A stretch of DNA of 64,000 bases, from positions 36,830,001 to 36,894,000 of the forward strand of contig NC_086109.1 in NCBI RefSeq assembly GCF_963921235.1. The letters are read 5' to 3'. This document shows, piece by piece, positions 53,851 through 64,000 of the stretch. The notes beneath the pieces are model-generated. The model searched no databases and had not been told where the DNA came from. It saw only the letters and a program-made list of their open reading frames with translations. The first letter of the stretch is position 1, and each line of letters begins with the position of its first letter. A program made the position numbers and the translations under genes. This DNA comes from Mobula hypostoma (taxonomy: Eukaryota).

Positions 53851-54107
53851 AGGTCGGCTGGTGGTGAGATCAGCGCCGGACTCCGGAGCGAAGATTCCCG
53901 AGTTCGAACCCAGTCGGGCCGCTCCCGGGCACGCTTCCCATCTGTGCCGGGTTGAGTGTCGAGCTCGCAACTCGGCCTCGTTAAAAAAAAAACTGCGCTG
54001 TGAGAAGGACGTGGGGCACCACTCACAGAATCTTTCCTCCAAGACAACCACTTGAAAAGTGGTCGCCAAAGCTCTGGTAGAGTATGGCAGACATAAAAAA
54101 AGAAAAA
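53851..54107 (+). mobile_element. Young tRNA-derived SINE
   Basis: B box GAGTTCGAACC, CpG-rich body, A-rich tail, perfect 10-bp TSD ATTCCAGCAA. Confidence 0.88.
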
Positions 54108-54145
54108 ATTCCAGCAATAAAATGAATCTCAAAGTTATATTCACA

Positions 54146-54959
54146 CACTCAGTAAGCACATTATTAGATACACCTGTTTGCTAATGAAAATATCTAACCA
54201 GGCAATCACGTGGCAACAACTCAATGCACAGACACACGCAGACATAGTCAAAATATTCAGTTGTTCCGAATGGCGAAGAAATGCGATCTACTGTAAGTAA
54301 CTTTGACTGTGGAATGATTGTTGGTGCCAGTTAGGGTGGTTTGAGTATCTGAGAAACTGCTGATCTCCTGTGATTTTTACACACATGCCATGGTCCCTTC
54401 TGGCAATCCCCCACCTTGCCATTTGCCTCAAGATTTGGGCCTCGATCACCTCATTTAGATTCCAATCATTCCCAGGTACCACTAACTACACGCACCTGCT
54501 TCCCATCAAACGGCAGGATAAAAACCCTGTGACCACAGCAAGAAGCCGCCAGTTCGTTGGTTGACTCTTGTGAGAGTAAACCTTGTTTCCTATTCCTGAG
54601 AACTGTTAGTTCTAAGCTTTGCATCGTCTCCTGGATATCGGCTCCCCGCTCGCGGTGGTGCTACGCCTAACGACTCTGCCTCGGCATCTGTGTCCTGCAC
54701 TTGGGTTCATCCCCAGCCACGTCCTTGCAACAACACAACAGTCTTCAGGATTTAGAGAGAATGGTGTGCAAAACCAAAAAAAAACATCCAATGAGTGGCA
54801 GTTCTGTAGCAAAACTGAGAGAGATCGGAGGAGAATAACCAACTTGTTCAAGCTGATAGGAAGGTGACAGTAACTCAAATAGCCACGCAATAGAATAATG
54901 GTGTGCAGAAGAGCATCTCTTCTGATATAGTACACGTCTCATAAAGCGACCACTGAGTG
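54146..54959 (+). mobile_element. Tc1/mariner deletion derivative interrupted by a solo LTR
   Basis: TIR CACTCAGT..ACTGAGTG and transposase remnant FDCGMIVGAS.GGLSI.ETADLL. TA TSD not preserved (CA on both sides). Confidence 0.82.
54386..54732 (+). mobile_element. Solo LTR (347 bp)
   Basis: TG...CA termini, 5-bp TSD ACACA, TATA-like GATAAAAA and AGTAAA signal. Removal restores the Tc1 sequence. Confidence 0.8.
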
Positions 54960-55506
54960 CACATGTTCTTAGATAATAAATTTACTTTGAACTTTGAAAT
55001 TTGATAGAATATAATAATCAATATAAATATCCCATTTTAAAAGAACAGTATTGATAAATATTCCCCAAATAATCCACAGTTTTCTGACAGACTAGTTTTC
55101 TGATATTCTTATAGTTTAAGACTTTCCAGCTGCAAACAACTCAGTCTGCTTGCTACTCAAGTGTTAAGGATTAGTTGCACACATGCACAACTGAGTTAAC
55201 ATGACAACAAAGGTAATCATCCAGTTAAACTGCAGAGGAAAGATTTGCATGAAATGTGAACGAGGTTCATTTCTTCTGCACAATAGATGCTCTAATTACT
55301 ACCAATTATACAGTAATAATTAATAACAAAGCTGAATTTAAGATTCTATCATAAAAATGCCAAACATTATCATATTGTATTTGAACAGAAACATTGACAA
55401 ATTTCCATGAAGTGTCTGAGCAAATACATATGACATTAACGTCCTGGTCTTCCCAATAAAGCAAAATATTTATTCCTAAAATATTTCAGGAGAATTGTTT
55501 ATCATG

Positions 55507-57393
55507 AAAAGATTATGAGAGAAAACTGGCAGGGAACATAAAAACTGACTGTAAAAGCTTTTATAGATATGTAAAAAGGAAAAGACAGGTAAAGACAAAT
55601 GTAGGTCCCCTGCAGACAGAAACAGGTGAATTGATTATGGGGAGCAAGGACATGGCAGACTAATTGAATAATTACTTTGGTTCTGTCTTCACTAAGGAGG
55701 ACATAAATAATCTTGCAGAAATAGTAGTAGGGGACAGAGGGTCCAGTGAGATGGAGGAACTGAGTGAAGTACATGTTAGTAGGGAAGTGGTGTTAGGTAA
55801 ATTGAAGGGATTAAAGATAGATAAATCCCCAGGGCCAGATGGTCTGCATCCCAGAGTGCTTAAGGAAGTAGCCCAAGAAATAGTGGATGCATTAGTGATA
55901 ATTTTTCAAAACTCGTTAGATTCTGGACTAGTTCCTGTTGATTGGAGGGTGGCTAATGTAACCCCACTTTTTAAAAAAGGAGGGAGAGAGACACCGGGAA
56001 ATTATAGACTGGTTAGCCTAACGTCGGTGGTGGGGAAACTGCGGGAGTCAGTTATCAAAGATGTGATAACAGCACATTTGGAAATCGGTAAAATCATCGG
56101 ACAAAGTCAGCATGGATTTGTGAAAGGAAAATCATATCTGACAAGGATGTAACTAGTAGAGTGGATAGGGGAGAACCAGTGGATGTGGTATATTTGGATT
56201 TTCAAAAGGCTTTTGACAAGGTCCCACACAGGAGATTAGTGTGCAAACTTAAAGCACACGGTATTGGGGGTAAGGTATTGATGTGGATAGAGAATTGGTT
56301 AGCAGACAGAAGGCAAAGAGTGGGAATAAACGGGACCTTTTCAGAATGGCAGGCAGTGACTAGTGGGGTACCGCAAGGCTCAGTGCTGGGACCCCAGTTG
56401 TTTACAATATATATTAATGACTTGTATGAGGGAATTAAATGCAGCATCTCCAAGTTTGCGGATGACACGAAGCTGGGCGGCAGTGTTAGCTGTGAGGAGG
56501 ATGCTAAGAGGATGCAGGGTGACTTGGATAGGTTGGGTGAGTGGGCAAATTCATGGCAGATGCAATTTAATGTGGATAAATGTGAAGTTATCCACTTTGG
56601 TGGCAAAAATAGGAAAACAGATTATTATCTGAATGGTGGCCGATTAGGAAAAGGGGAGGTGCAACGAGACCTGGGTGTCATTATACACCAGTCATTGAAA
56701 GTGGGCATGCAGGTACAGCAGGCGGTGAAAAAGGCGAATGGTATGCTGGCATTTATAGCGAGAGGATTCGAGTACAGGAGCAGGGAGTTACTACTGCAGT
56801 TATACAAGGCCTTGGTGAGACCACACCTGGAGTATTGTGTGCAGTTTTGGTCCCCTAATCTGAGGAAAGACATCCTTGCCATAGAGGGAGTACAAAGAAG
56901 GTTCACCAGATTGATTCCTGGGATGGCAGGACTTTCATATGAAGAAAGACTGGATGAACTAGGCTTATACTCGTTGGAATTTAGAAGATTGAGGGGGGAT
57001 CTGATTGAAACGTATAAAATCCTAAAAGGATTGGACAGGCTAGATGCAGGAAGATTGTTCCCGATATTGGGGAAGTCCAGAACGAGGGGTCACAGTTTGA
57101 GGATAAGGGGGAAGCTTTTTAGGACCGAGATTAGGAAAAACTTCTTCACACAGAGAGTGGTGAATCTGTGGAATTCTCTGCCACAGGAAACAGTTGAGGC
57201 CGGTTCATTGGCTATATTTAAGAGGGAGTTAAATATGGCCCTTGTGGCTAAAGGGATCAGGGGGTATGGAGGGAAGGCTGGTGCAGGGTTCTGAGTTGGA
57301 TGATCAGCCATCATCATAATAAATGGCGGTGCAGGCTCGAAGGGCCGAATGACCTACTCCTGCACCTATTTTCTATGTTTCTATGTTTCTATG
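55507..57393 (+). mobile_element. Young CR1 LINE, 5'-truncated ORF2 (RT)
   Basis: ORFs 55664-56152 and 56161-57294 (YLDFQKAFDKVPH, GVPQGSVLGP, KFADDTK), offset by a small deletion. (TTTCTATG)3 tail. Confidence 0.97.
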
Positions 57394-58479
57394 TGACTGT
57401 TAATTGATGAAGTGATGCTTTACTCTCATGCAAATTATGAGATTTCATTCATGTTCTAAATAGAAATTGTAAATCCATTTGGTAATCTGAATTCTTCATC
57501 CTTGCTCAAGATCATTTAAACTAATATTACTTGCTCTAATTGGTTCTTACGGCATCATCTTCCAACAAAACACACAGTAAGGAATGAAATGAGCTAAAGA
57601 ATGTGAGCAGCATCTGATTGTGTGATTATTAATAAAAATCAAAGGCAACATGTAATCCTGTATTTTATATCGCCATCAGCTATCACATTGCAGCCAATAA
57701 GAACCGCACATTGTTTTCTTTTTTAAGTTCTTTTATACTGTATAAAAAGGTTTTTATTTCACACTTGTCAATATTTATAGAAATCAAGATAAATAGTTTG
57801 CAGCTATTCCAAAAAGGCCTTTGTTACACTGGGACGGTCTCTAATATCCTGCTGCTGAGGGCTTAATTATAACCTGATTCTGCCATTCAGCACCTAGAAA
57901 CCAGCTTAATTACTGCCACACTATCTATTAAGTGGGGTGAATTTATTAAGGTTACCCAGTGATGTGGTTGTGCTCTGGCTTATGCAACATTTTTTTCCAA
58001 TCATATTCAAGACAGTATTACTCCAGTTTATTAACATGCACAATGCATGCTACTGATGCGTGTGGGAACCAAGCTCATTTTTATTTTCATTGTTAATGAT
58101 AAAGGAACTCATAGACTGGGATGCTTGAAGGATTTCACCATGCCTAATGCTATATTTAAAGTGCAGAGTGCAAATTAAAGTTCACTCTTCTTTGAGAAAA
58201 TATGTCTTAATCTTTCCAAAAATAAAGTGAACCATCTAAACGTGCAAACAGAACATAATTACTGAAGGTCTTAATGTTAGGAAAGGACAAGCCTTGTACC
58301 TTAAACTGGACTAAGTCTACTTTTATAAATGCAGTAGTAGACATCTGAAGTAAATACCTAGTGACAAGTTTCTTGGCTTCAGTGGTGTCACAAATAAACC
58401 AGATGTATAATGATTTTTCTGCTCTTTCATTAATGCAGAAAGGTGGTGGAAATAGGCCAGCAATATCATAATGGAATCC

Positions 58480-58820
58480 CCCCTCTCTGCTTACGGACTG
58501 CATGTCCCATTCCCATTCGGAAGGAGGCCTCGCAGCATCCACAGCAGGACCACTAGACTCAAAAACTGTTACTTCCTCCAAGTTGTAGAGCTGATCAACA
58601 CCTCAACTTATTAACCCACCCCACCATCCGCCACCACCTCTACATATTCATCACCTAGCTCACTTTATATATATACAATCAATATATGTATATAACAGTT
58701 AATTGTATATTGCATTCTTTATGCTTATTCATGCTCTTTTATGCTGCACCACAACCAGAGTAGTAATCAACTTTATACTCATGTTTTGAGGAATGTGAAT
58801 AAACAATTTGAATCTTAAAT
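58480..58820 (+). mobile_element. Rex1-like 3' fragment
   Basis: PSGRR-like C-terminus (CCATTCGGAAGGAGG..ACCACTAGACTCAAAAACTGTTACTTCC) and AATAAACAATTTGAATC tail. Confidence 0.55.
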
Positions 58821-59510
58821 ATAATTTTTTCTTTGCTTGGATGTTACCGGCCTATACACTGTGGCCTTCTCAAAGCGGGAAGTTTTGGGATATTCATGAT
58901 TATACAGGGATTGCATAGTAAATCCAGAATTGACAGATCAGATACATGGAGCACTGCTTCAATATCCAGTGGCATGTTTGAAAGCCACTGTTGAAGAATG
59001 AGGTTAATATACCTGTCCTTATATCTCTATATCTTTCCAAATATTGAAGATTAAGAACTGTATCTGCACTGGGACATTTTTGAGTCTCTGGAGCTGCACT
59101 CCACACCCATCCTCAAGTAAAGATGGCGCAGATACCAGGGGAATGTCCTGTGAGTGCGCAAGTCAATTTTTGTTTGCGGAATATGCCCAGATTGGTGTTG
59201 TATTTCTTAGTACATTGTATGATACGCACAACTCTGGTAATATTAAGAAGGACCACAATATCCGAGAGAATGGTGAAAAACTGATGCTGTAATCTGTGGA
59301 GGGAGAAAGACAAATACAGAAACGTACTCAACAAGCAGCTCCAGTGAGATCAATGAACAACTTGTTACAAATGCAGCTGGAGATAGTCCATTCCAGAAGA
59401 GTTGGCTGAAGTAACTTCTCTTAACCACCAATAAGCAGAATATTTAAGATGTTTAGACATTCCCAGGGAACAGAAGTTACCCTTTCACCATCCCTTCTTT
59501 CACAAAGGCA

Positions 59511-59761
59511 GCGGGGGGCGGGGAAGAGGGAGGCAACGTCGACTCAGACCATGAGAGGCCTGTGTCGGACAATTTCATGCCTTACAAGGCGCAGATTGGA
59601 AGTCTGTGTGGGGTGTCACTCCTCACACAGACACTAGAGGTTAAGTGCCTTGTGGTTAAGTGCCTTGCTCAAGGACACAAACACGCTGCCACAGCTGAGG
59701 CTCGAACTAGTGACCTTCAGATCACTAGAAGAATGCTTTAACCACTTGGCCACGTGCCCAA
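59511..59761 (-). mobile_element. tRNA-derived SINE with GTGTCCTTGAGCAAGGCACTTAACC core
   Basis: A box TGGCCAAGTGG, B-box-like AGTTCGAGCC, perfect 10-bp TSD CACAAAGGCA. Confidence 0.88.
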
Positions 59762-59822
59762 CACAAAGGCAAATTAAGTGATATTAATTACTCCACTTTA
59801 ATTTAAGCTTATGATAGCGTAT

Positions 59823-60711
59823 AACAGGAATTCTGCAGATGCTGGAAATTCAAGCAACACACATGAAAGTTGCTGGTGAACGCAGCAGGCCAGGCAGCAT
59901 CTCTAGGAAGAGGTACAGTCGACGTTTCAGGCCGAGACCCTTTGTCAGGACTAACTGAAGGAACAGTTAGTGAGAGATTTGAAAGTGGGAGGGGGAGGGG
60001 GAGATCCGAAATGATAGGAGAAGATAGGAGGGGGACGAATGGAGCCAAGAGCTGGACAGGTGATTGGCAAAGGGAATATGAGAGAATCATGGGACAGGAG
60101 GCCCAGGGAGAAAGACAAGCGGGGGGAAACCAGAGGATGGGCAAGCAGGATCTCCCAGTGGCCACGCATTTTAATTCCACATCCCATTCCCATTCTGACA
60201 TGTCTATCCACCGCCTCCTCTACTGTAAAGATGAAGCAACACTCAGGTTGGAGGAACAACACCTTATATTCCGTCTGGGTAGCCTCCAACCTGATGGCAT
60301 GAACACTGACTTCTCTAACTTCCGTTAATGCCCCACCTCCCCCTCGTACCCCATCCGTTACTTATTTTTATACACACATTCTTTCTCTCACTCTTCTTTT
60401 TCTCCTTCTGTCCCTTATACTATACCCCTTGCCCATCCTCTGCTTTCCACCCCCCCCCGTCTTTCTCCCTGGGCCTCCTGTCCCATGATCCTCTCATATC
60501 CCCTTTGCCAATCACCTGTCCAGCTCTTGGCTCTATCCCTCCCCCTCCTGTCTTCTCCTATCACATCGGATCTCCCCCTCCCCCTCCCACTTTCAAATCT
60601 CTCACTAACTCTTCCTTCAGTTAGTCCTGACGAAGGGTCTCGGCCTGAAACATCGACTGTACCTCTTCCTAGAGATGCTGCCTGGCCTGCTGCGTTCACC
60701 AGCAACTTTCA
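59823..60711. mobile_element. Young Penelope-derived element: GIY-YIG C-terminus flanked by inverted terminal repeats
   Basis: PVATHFNSTSHSHSDM..LRLEEQHLIFRLGSLQPDGMN. Arms of ~280 bp are inverted. 14-bp TSD with 2 mismatches (59809-59822, 60712-60725). Confidence 0.92.
60623..60658 (+). ncRNA. Minimal type I hammerhead ribozyme motif (core intact)
   Basis: AGTC-CTGACGA-AGGGTCTCGGCCT-GAAA-CATC-GACT. The partner arm at 59917-59952 (-) has CTGACAA, a core mutation. Confidence 0.75.
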
Positions 60712-60789
60712 TTATGATATCTTATGTTTGTCATATTTGCAATGTATTTTGCTCCTGCTGCAAAAAGCTAATTTTATACATGTTTATCT

Positions 60790-62374
60790 CAAAATTCAAA
60801 GTTCACTGTAAATTTATTATCAAAGTACATATATGTCACCTGGTACAACCCTGAGATTTGTTTGCTTGTGGGCAAACTCAGTAAATCTAAGAAATATAAT
60901 AGAATCAATGAAAGGCAGCACCTACAGGACAGGCAAACAACCACTGTGCAAAATACAACAAAGCTTTTGGGGTGGCATGGTAACATAGTGGTTAGCACAG
61001 GTAACCTGAGTTCAATTCCCACCACTGGCCGTAAGGAGTTTGTACACTCTCCCCATTACTGTCTGGATTTCCTCCCACAGTCCAAAGAATAGCAGTTGGT
61101 AGCTTAATTGATCATTGTCCCATAGGATCAAATCGGGAGATTGCTGGGTGGTATTGCTCGATGGGCTGGAAGGGTCCATCAGGCTGTATTGCACAAAAAA
61201 ACTAGAAGTTAATATTAATAAATAAGCATTAATTATCATGAGCATATGATAAAAATTCCTTGAAAATAGTCATCATTGCACAGAGCAGTGATGGGTTGAG
61301 TGAAGTTAGCCCTACTGCTTCAAGAGCCTGATGGTTGAGGAGAAATAACTGTTCCTGAATATGGTGTGAACCCAGAGGCTTCTGTACCTTCTTCCTGATG
61401 GCAGCAGTGAGAAGAGACTGTGGCGTAGGTGCTGAAGTCTCTTGATAATGGATGCTGCTTTCCTGCCACAGCGCTCAGTGTAGATGTACTCCATGGTGGG
61501 GAGAGCTTTACCCATGATGGACTGGTCTGTATCCATTACTTCTTATAGGATTTTCCATTCAAGGGCATTGGTGTTTCCATGCCAGGTCATTATTCAACCA
61601 GACAATGTACTCTCCACCACATTTCTATAGAAGTTCGCTAAATCTTTAGATATTATGCTGAACAGTCACAAATTCCTAAGGAAGTAGAGCACTGCTATGC
61701 TTTCTTCATATGTACTCGGCCCAGGACATGTCCTCTGAAATGATAACACCGAGGAATTTAAAGTTGCTGACCTTCTCCACCTCTAATCCCCAATTAGAAC
61801 TGGCTCTTGGACCTCCTTCTGAAGTCACTCAACTTCCTGGTCTTGCCGATTGAGAGTGAGAGGTTATTGTTGTGGCACCACTCAGCCAGACTTTCAAACT
61901 CCCTCCTATATGATGGTTCATCACCACCTTTGATTCGGTCAACAACAGTAATGATGTCAGCAAACTTAAATATGTGCCGAGCCTTGGTGCAAGTATAGAG
62001 CAAATAGAGCAGCGGCTACGGACACAGCCTTGTGGTGCACCTGTGCTGATGGAGATTGTGAAGGAAATATTGTTGCCCAATCAAACGGACTGAGGTCTGC
62101 AGATGAGGAAATTGAGGATCCAATTGCACTAAAATGTGTTGAGGCCAAGGAATTAAAGCTTTCTGATTAGTTTTGAAGGGATGGTCGTATTAGATGCCGA
62201 GCTGTAATCGATAAAGAGTCTGATATATGTATCTTTGCTGCCCAGGTGATCAGGGTTAAGTGAAGAGCCAATGAGACGGCATCTGCTGAGGACCTGTTAT
62301 GACAATAGACAAATTGGAGCCAAATTGAATCCAAGTTATTTTTCAGGCAAGCATTGATGTTTCTTCACCAACCT
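60790..62374 (-). mobile_element. Rex1/Babar-like LINE 3' part
   Basis: ISISTGAPQGCV, IFKFADIITVV, LLPSGRRYRS. Tail near 60790. Confidence 0.9.
60967..61195 (+). mobile_element. HE1/V-like tRNA-derived SINE inserted in the Rex1 3' UTR
   Basis: Head TAGTGGTTAGCAC..GAGTTCAATTCC and body GGAGTTTGTAC..TTTCCTCCCACAGTCCAAAGA. Confidence 0.7.
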
Positions 62375-63409
62375 AGTGACTAGTGGGGTACCGCAAGGCT
62401 CAGTGCTGGGACCCCAGTTGTTTACAATATATATTAATGACTTGGATGAGGGAATTAAATGCAGCATCTCCAAGTTTGCGGATGACACGAAGCTGGGTGG
62501 CAGTGTTAGCAGTGAGGAGGATGCTAAGAGGATGCAGGGTGACTTGGATAGGTTGGGTGAGTGGGCAAACTCATGGCAGATGCAATTTAATGTGGATAAA
62601 TGTGAAGTTATCCACTTTGGTGGCAAAAATAGGAAAACAGATTATTATCTGAATGGTGGCCGATTAGGAAAAGGGGAGGTGCAACGAGACCTGGGTGTCA
62701 TTATACACCAGTCATTGAAAGTGGGCATGCAGGTACAGCAGGCGGTGAAAAAGGCGAACGGTATGCTGGCATTTATAGAGAGAGGATTCGAGTACAGGAG
62801 CAGGGAGGTACTACTGCAGTTGTACAAGGCCTTGGTGAGACCACACCTGGAGTATTGTGTGCAGTTTTGGTCCCCTAATCTGAGGAAAGACATCTTTGCC
62901 ATAGAGGGAGTACAAAGAAGGTTCACCAGATTGATTCCTGGGATGGCAGGTCTTTCATATGAAGAAAGACTGGATGAACTGGGCTTGTACTCGTTGGAAT
63001 TTAGAAGATTGAGGGGGGATCTGATTGAAACGTATAAGATCCTAAAGGGATTGGACAGGCTAGATGCGGGAAGATTGTTCCCGATGTTGGGGAGGTCCAG
63101 AACGAGGGGTCACAGTTTGAGGATAGAGGGGAAGCCTTTTAGGACCGAGATTAGGAAAAACTTCTTCACACAGAGAGTGGTGAATCTGTGGAATTCTCTG
63201 CCACAGCAAACTGTTGAGGCCGGTTCATTGGCTGTGTTTAAGAGGAAGTTAGATATGGCCCTTGTGGCTACAGGGGTCAGGGGGTATGGAGGGAAGGCTG
63301 GGTTCTGAGTTGGATGATCAGCCATGATCATAATAAATGGCGGTGCAGGCTCGAAGGGCCGAATGGCCTACTCCTGCACCTATTTTCTATGTTTCTATGT
63401 TTCTATGTT
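62375..63409 (+). mobile_element. Young CR1 LINE 3' part (uninterrupted 310-aa ORF2 C-terminus)
   Basis: ORF 62376-63308, (TTTCTATG)3 tail, probable TSD AACCT (62370-62374, 63410-63414). Confidence 0.97.
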
Positions 63410-63418
63410 AACCTCTCA

Positions 63419-64000
63419 AAACATAGAAACATAGAAACATAGAAAATAGGTGCAGGAGTAGGCCATTCGGCCCTTCGAGCCTGCACCGCCATTTATTATG
63501 ATCATGGCTGATCATCCAACTCAGAACCCTGCACCAGCCTTCCCTCCATACCCCCTGACCCCCGTAGCCACAAGGGCCATATCTAACTCCCTCTTAAATA
63601 TAGTCAATGAACTGGCCTCAACTGTTTCCTGTGGCAGAGAATTCCACAGATTCACCACTCTTTGTGTGAAGAAGTTTTTCCTAATCTCGGTCCTAAAAGG
63701 CTTCCCCTCTATCCTCAAACTGTGGCCCCTCGTTCTGGACTTCCCCAACATCGGGAACAATCTTCCTGCATCTAGCCTGTCCAATCCCTTTAGGATTTTA
63801 TACGTTTCAATCAGATCCCCCCTCAATCTTCTAAATTCCAACGAGTACAAGCCCAGTTCATCCAGTCTTTCTTCATATGAAAGTCCTGCCATCCCAGGAA
63901 TCAATCTGGTGAACCTTCTTTGTACTCCCTCTATGGCAAGGAGGTCTTTCCTCAGATTAGGGGACCAAAACTGCACACAATACTCCAGGTGTGGTCTCAC
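63419..64000 (-). mobile_element. Young CR1 LINE 3' part, runs off the window
   Basis: ORF 63521-64000 and (CATAGAAA)n tail. Confidence 0.97.

Noticed and set aside
53851..53925. tRNA genes at SINE heads (also near 59690-59760 and 60967-61025)
   Set aside because: Cloverleaves are incomplete, and each head is attached to a SINE body; two have clear TSDs.
56161..57294. 377-aa ORF as a host gene or active RT
   Set aside because: It is 5'-truncated CR1 ORF2 with an upstream frameshift, no endonuclease or promoter, and near-identical copies elsewhere in the window.
63400..63430. Fold-back assembly artefact at the CR1 inverted pair
   Set aside because: The arms differ by multiple substitutions and a 6-bp indel, and the spacer continues the host Rex1 sequence.

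Overview
Eukaryotic, AT-rich, repeat-dense DNA, apparently intronic or intergenic. The repeat complement suggests a cartilaginous fish, probably a ray (inference): CR1 LINEs with (TTTCTATG)n tails, Rex1/Babar-like LINEs, HE1/V-like SINEs and Penelope-like elements. No complete host gene is visible. The best host-coding candidate is one 78-nt phase-1/phase-1 exon on the minus strand (40641-40718). Most long ORFs in the track are retroelement fragments or their antisense shadows. The most interesting signal is a family of Penelope-derived fold-back elements. They carry minimal hammerhead-ribozyme motifs (AGTC-CTGANGA-stem II-GAAA-CRTC-GACT), have about 14-15 bp target-site duplications (TSDs), and include a 186-bp spacer-less palindrome. 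Other notable structures: a twin-primed inverted L1 with a perfect 16-bp TSD, two young CR1s tail-to-tail 9 bp apart, nested piggyBac/Harbinger/Tc1/LTR insertions, SINEs with a shared head but different tails, and a 40-bp minisatellite born from a LINE RT motif. Boundaries of degraded repeats are approximate and no database searches were run.
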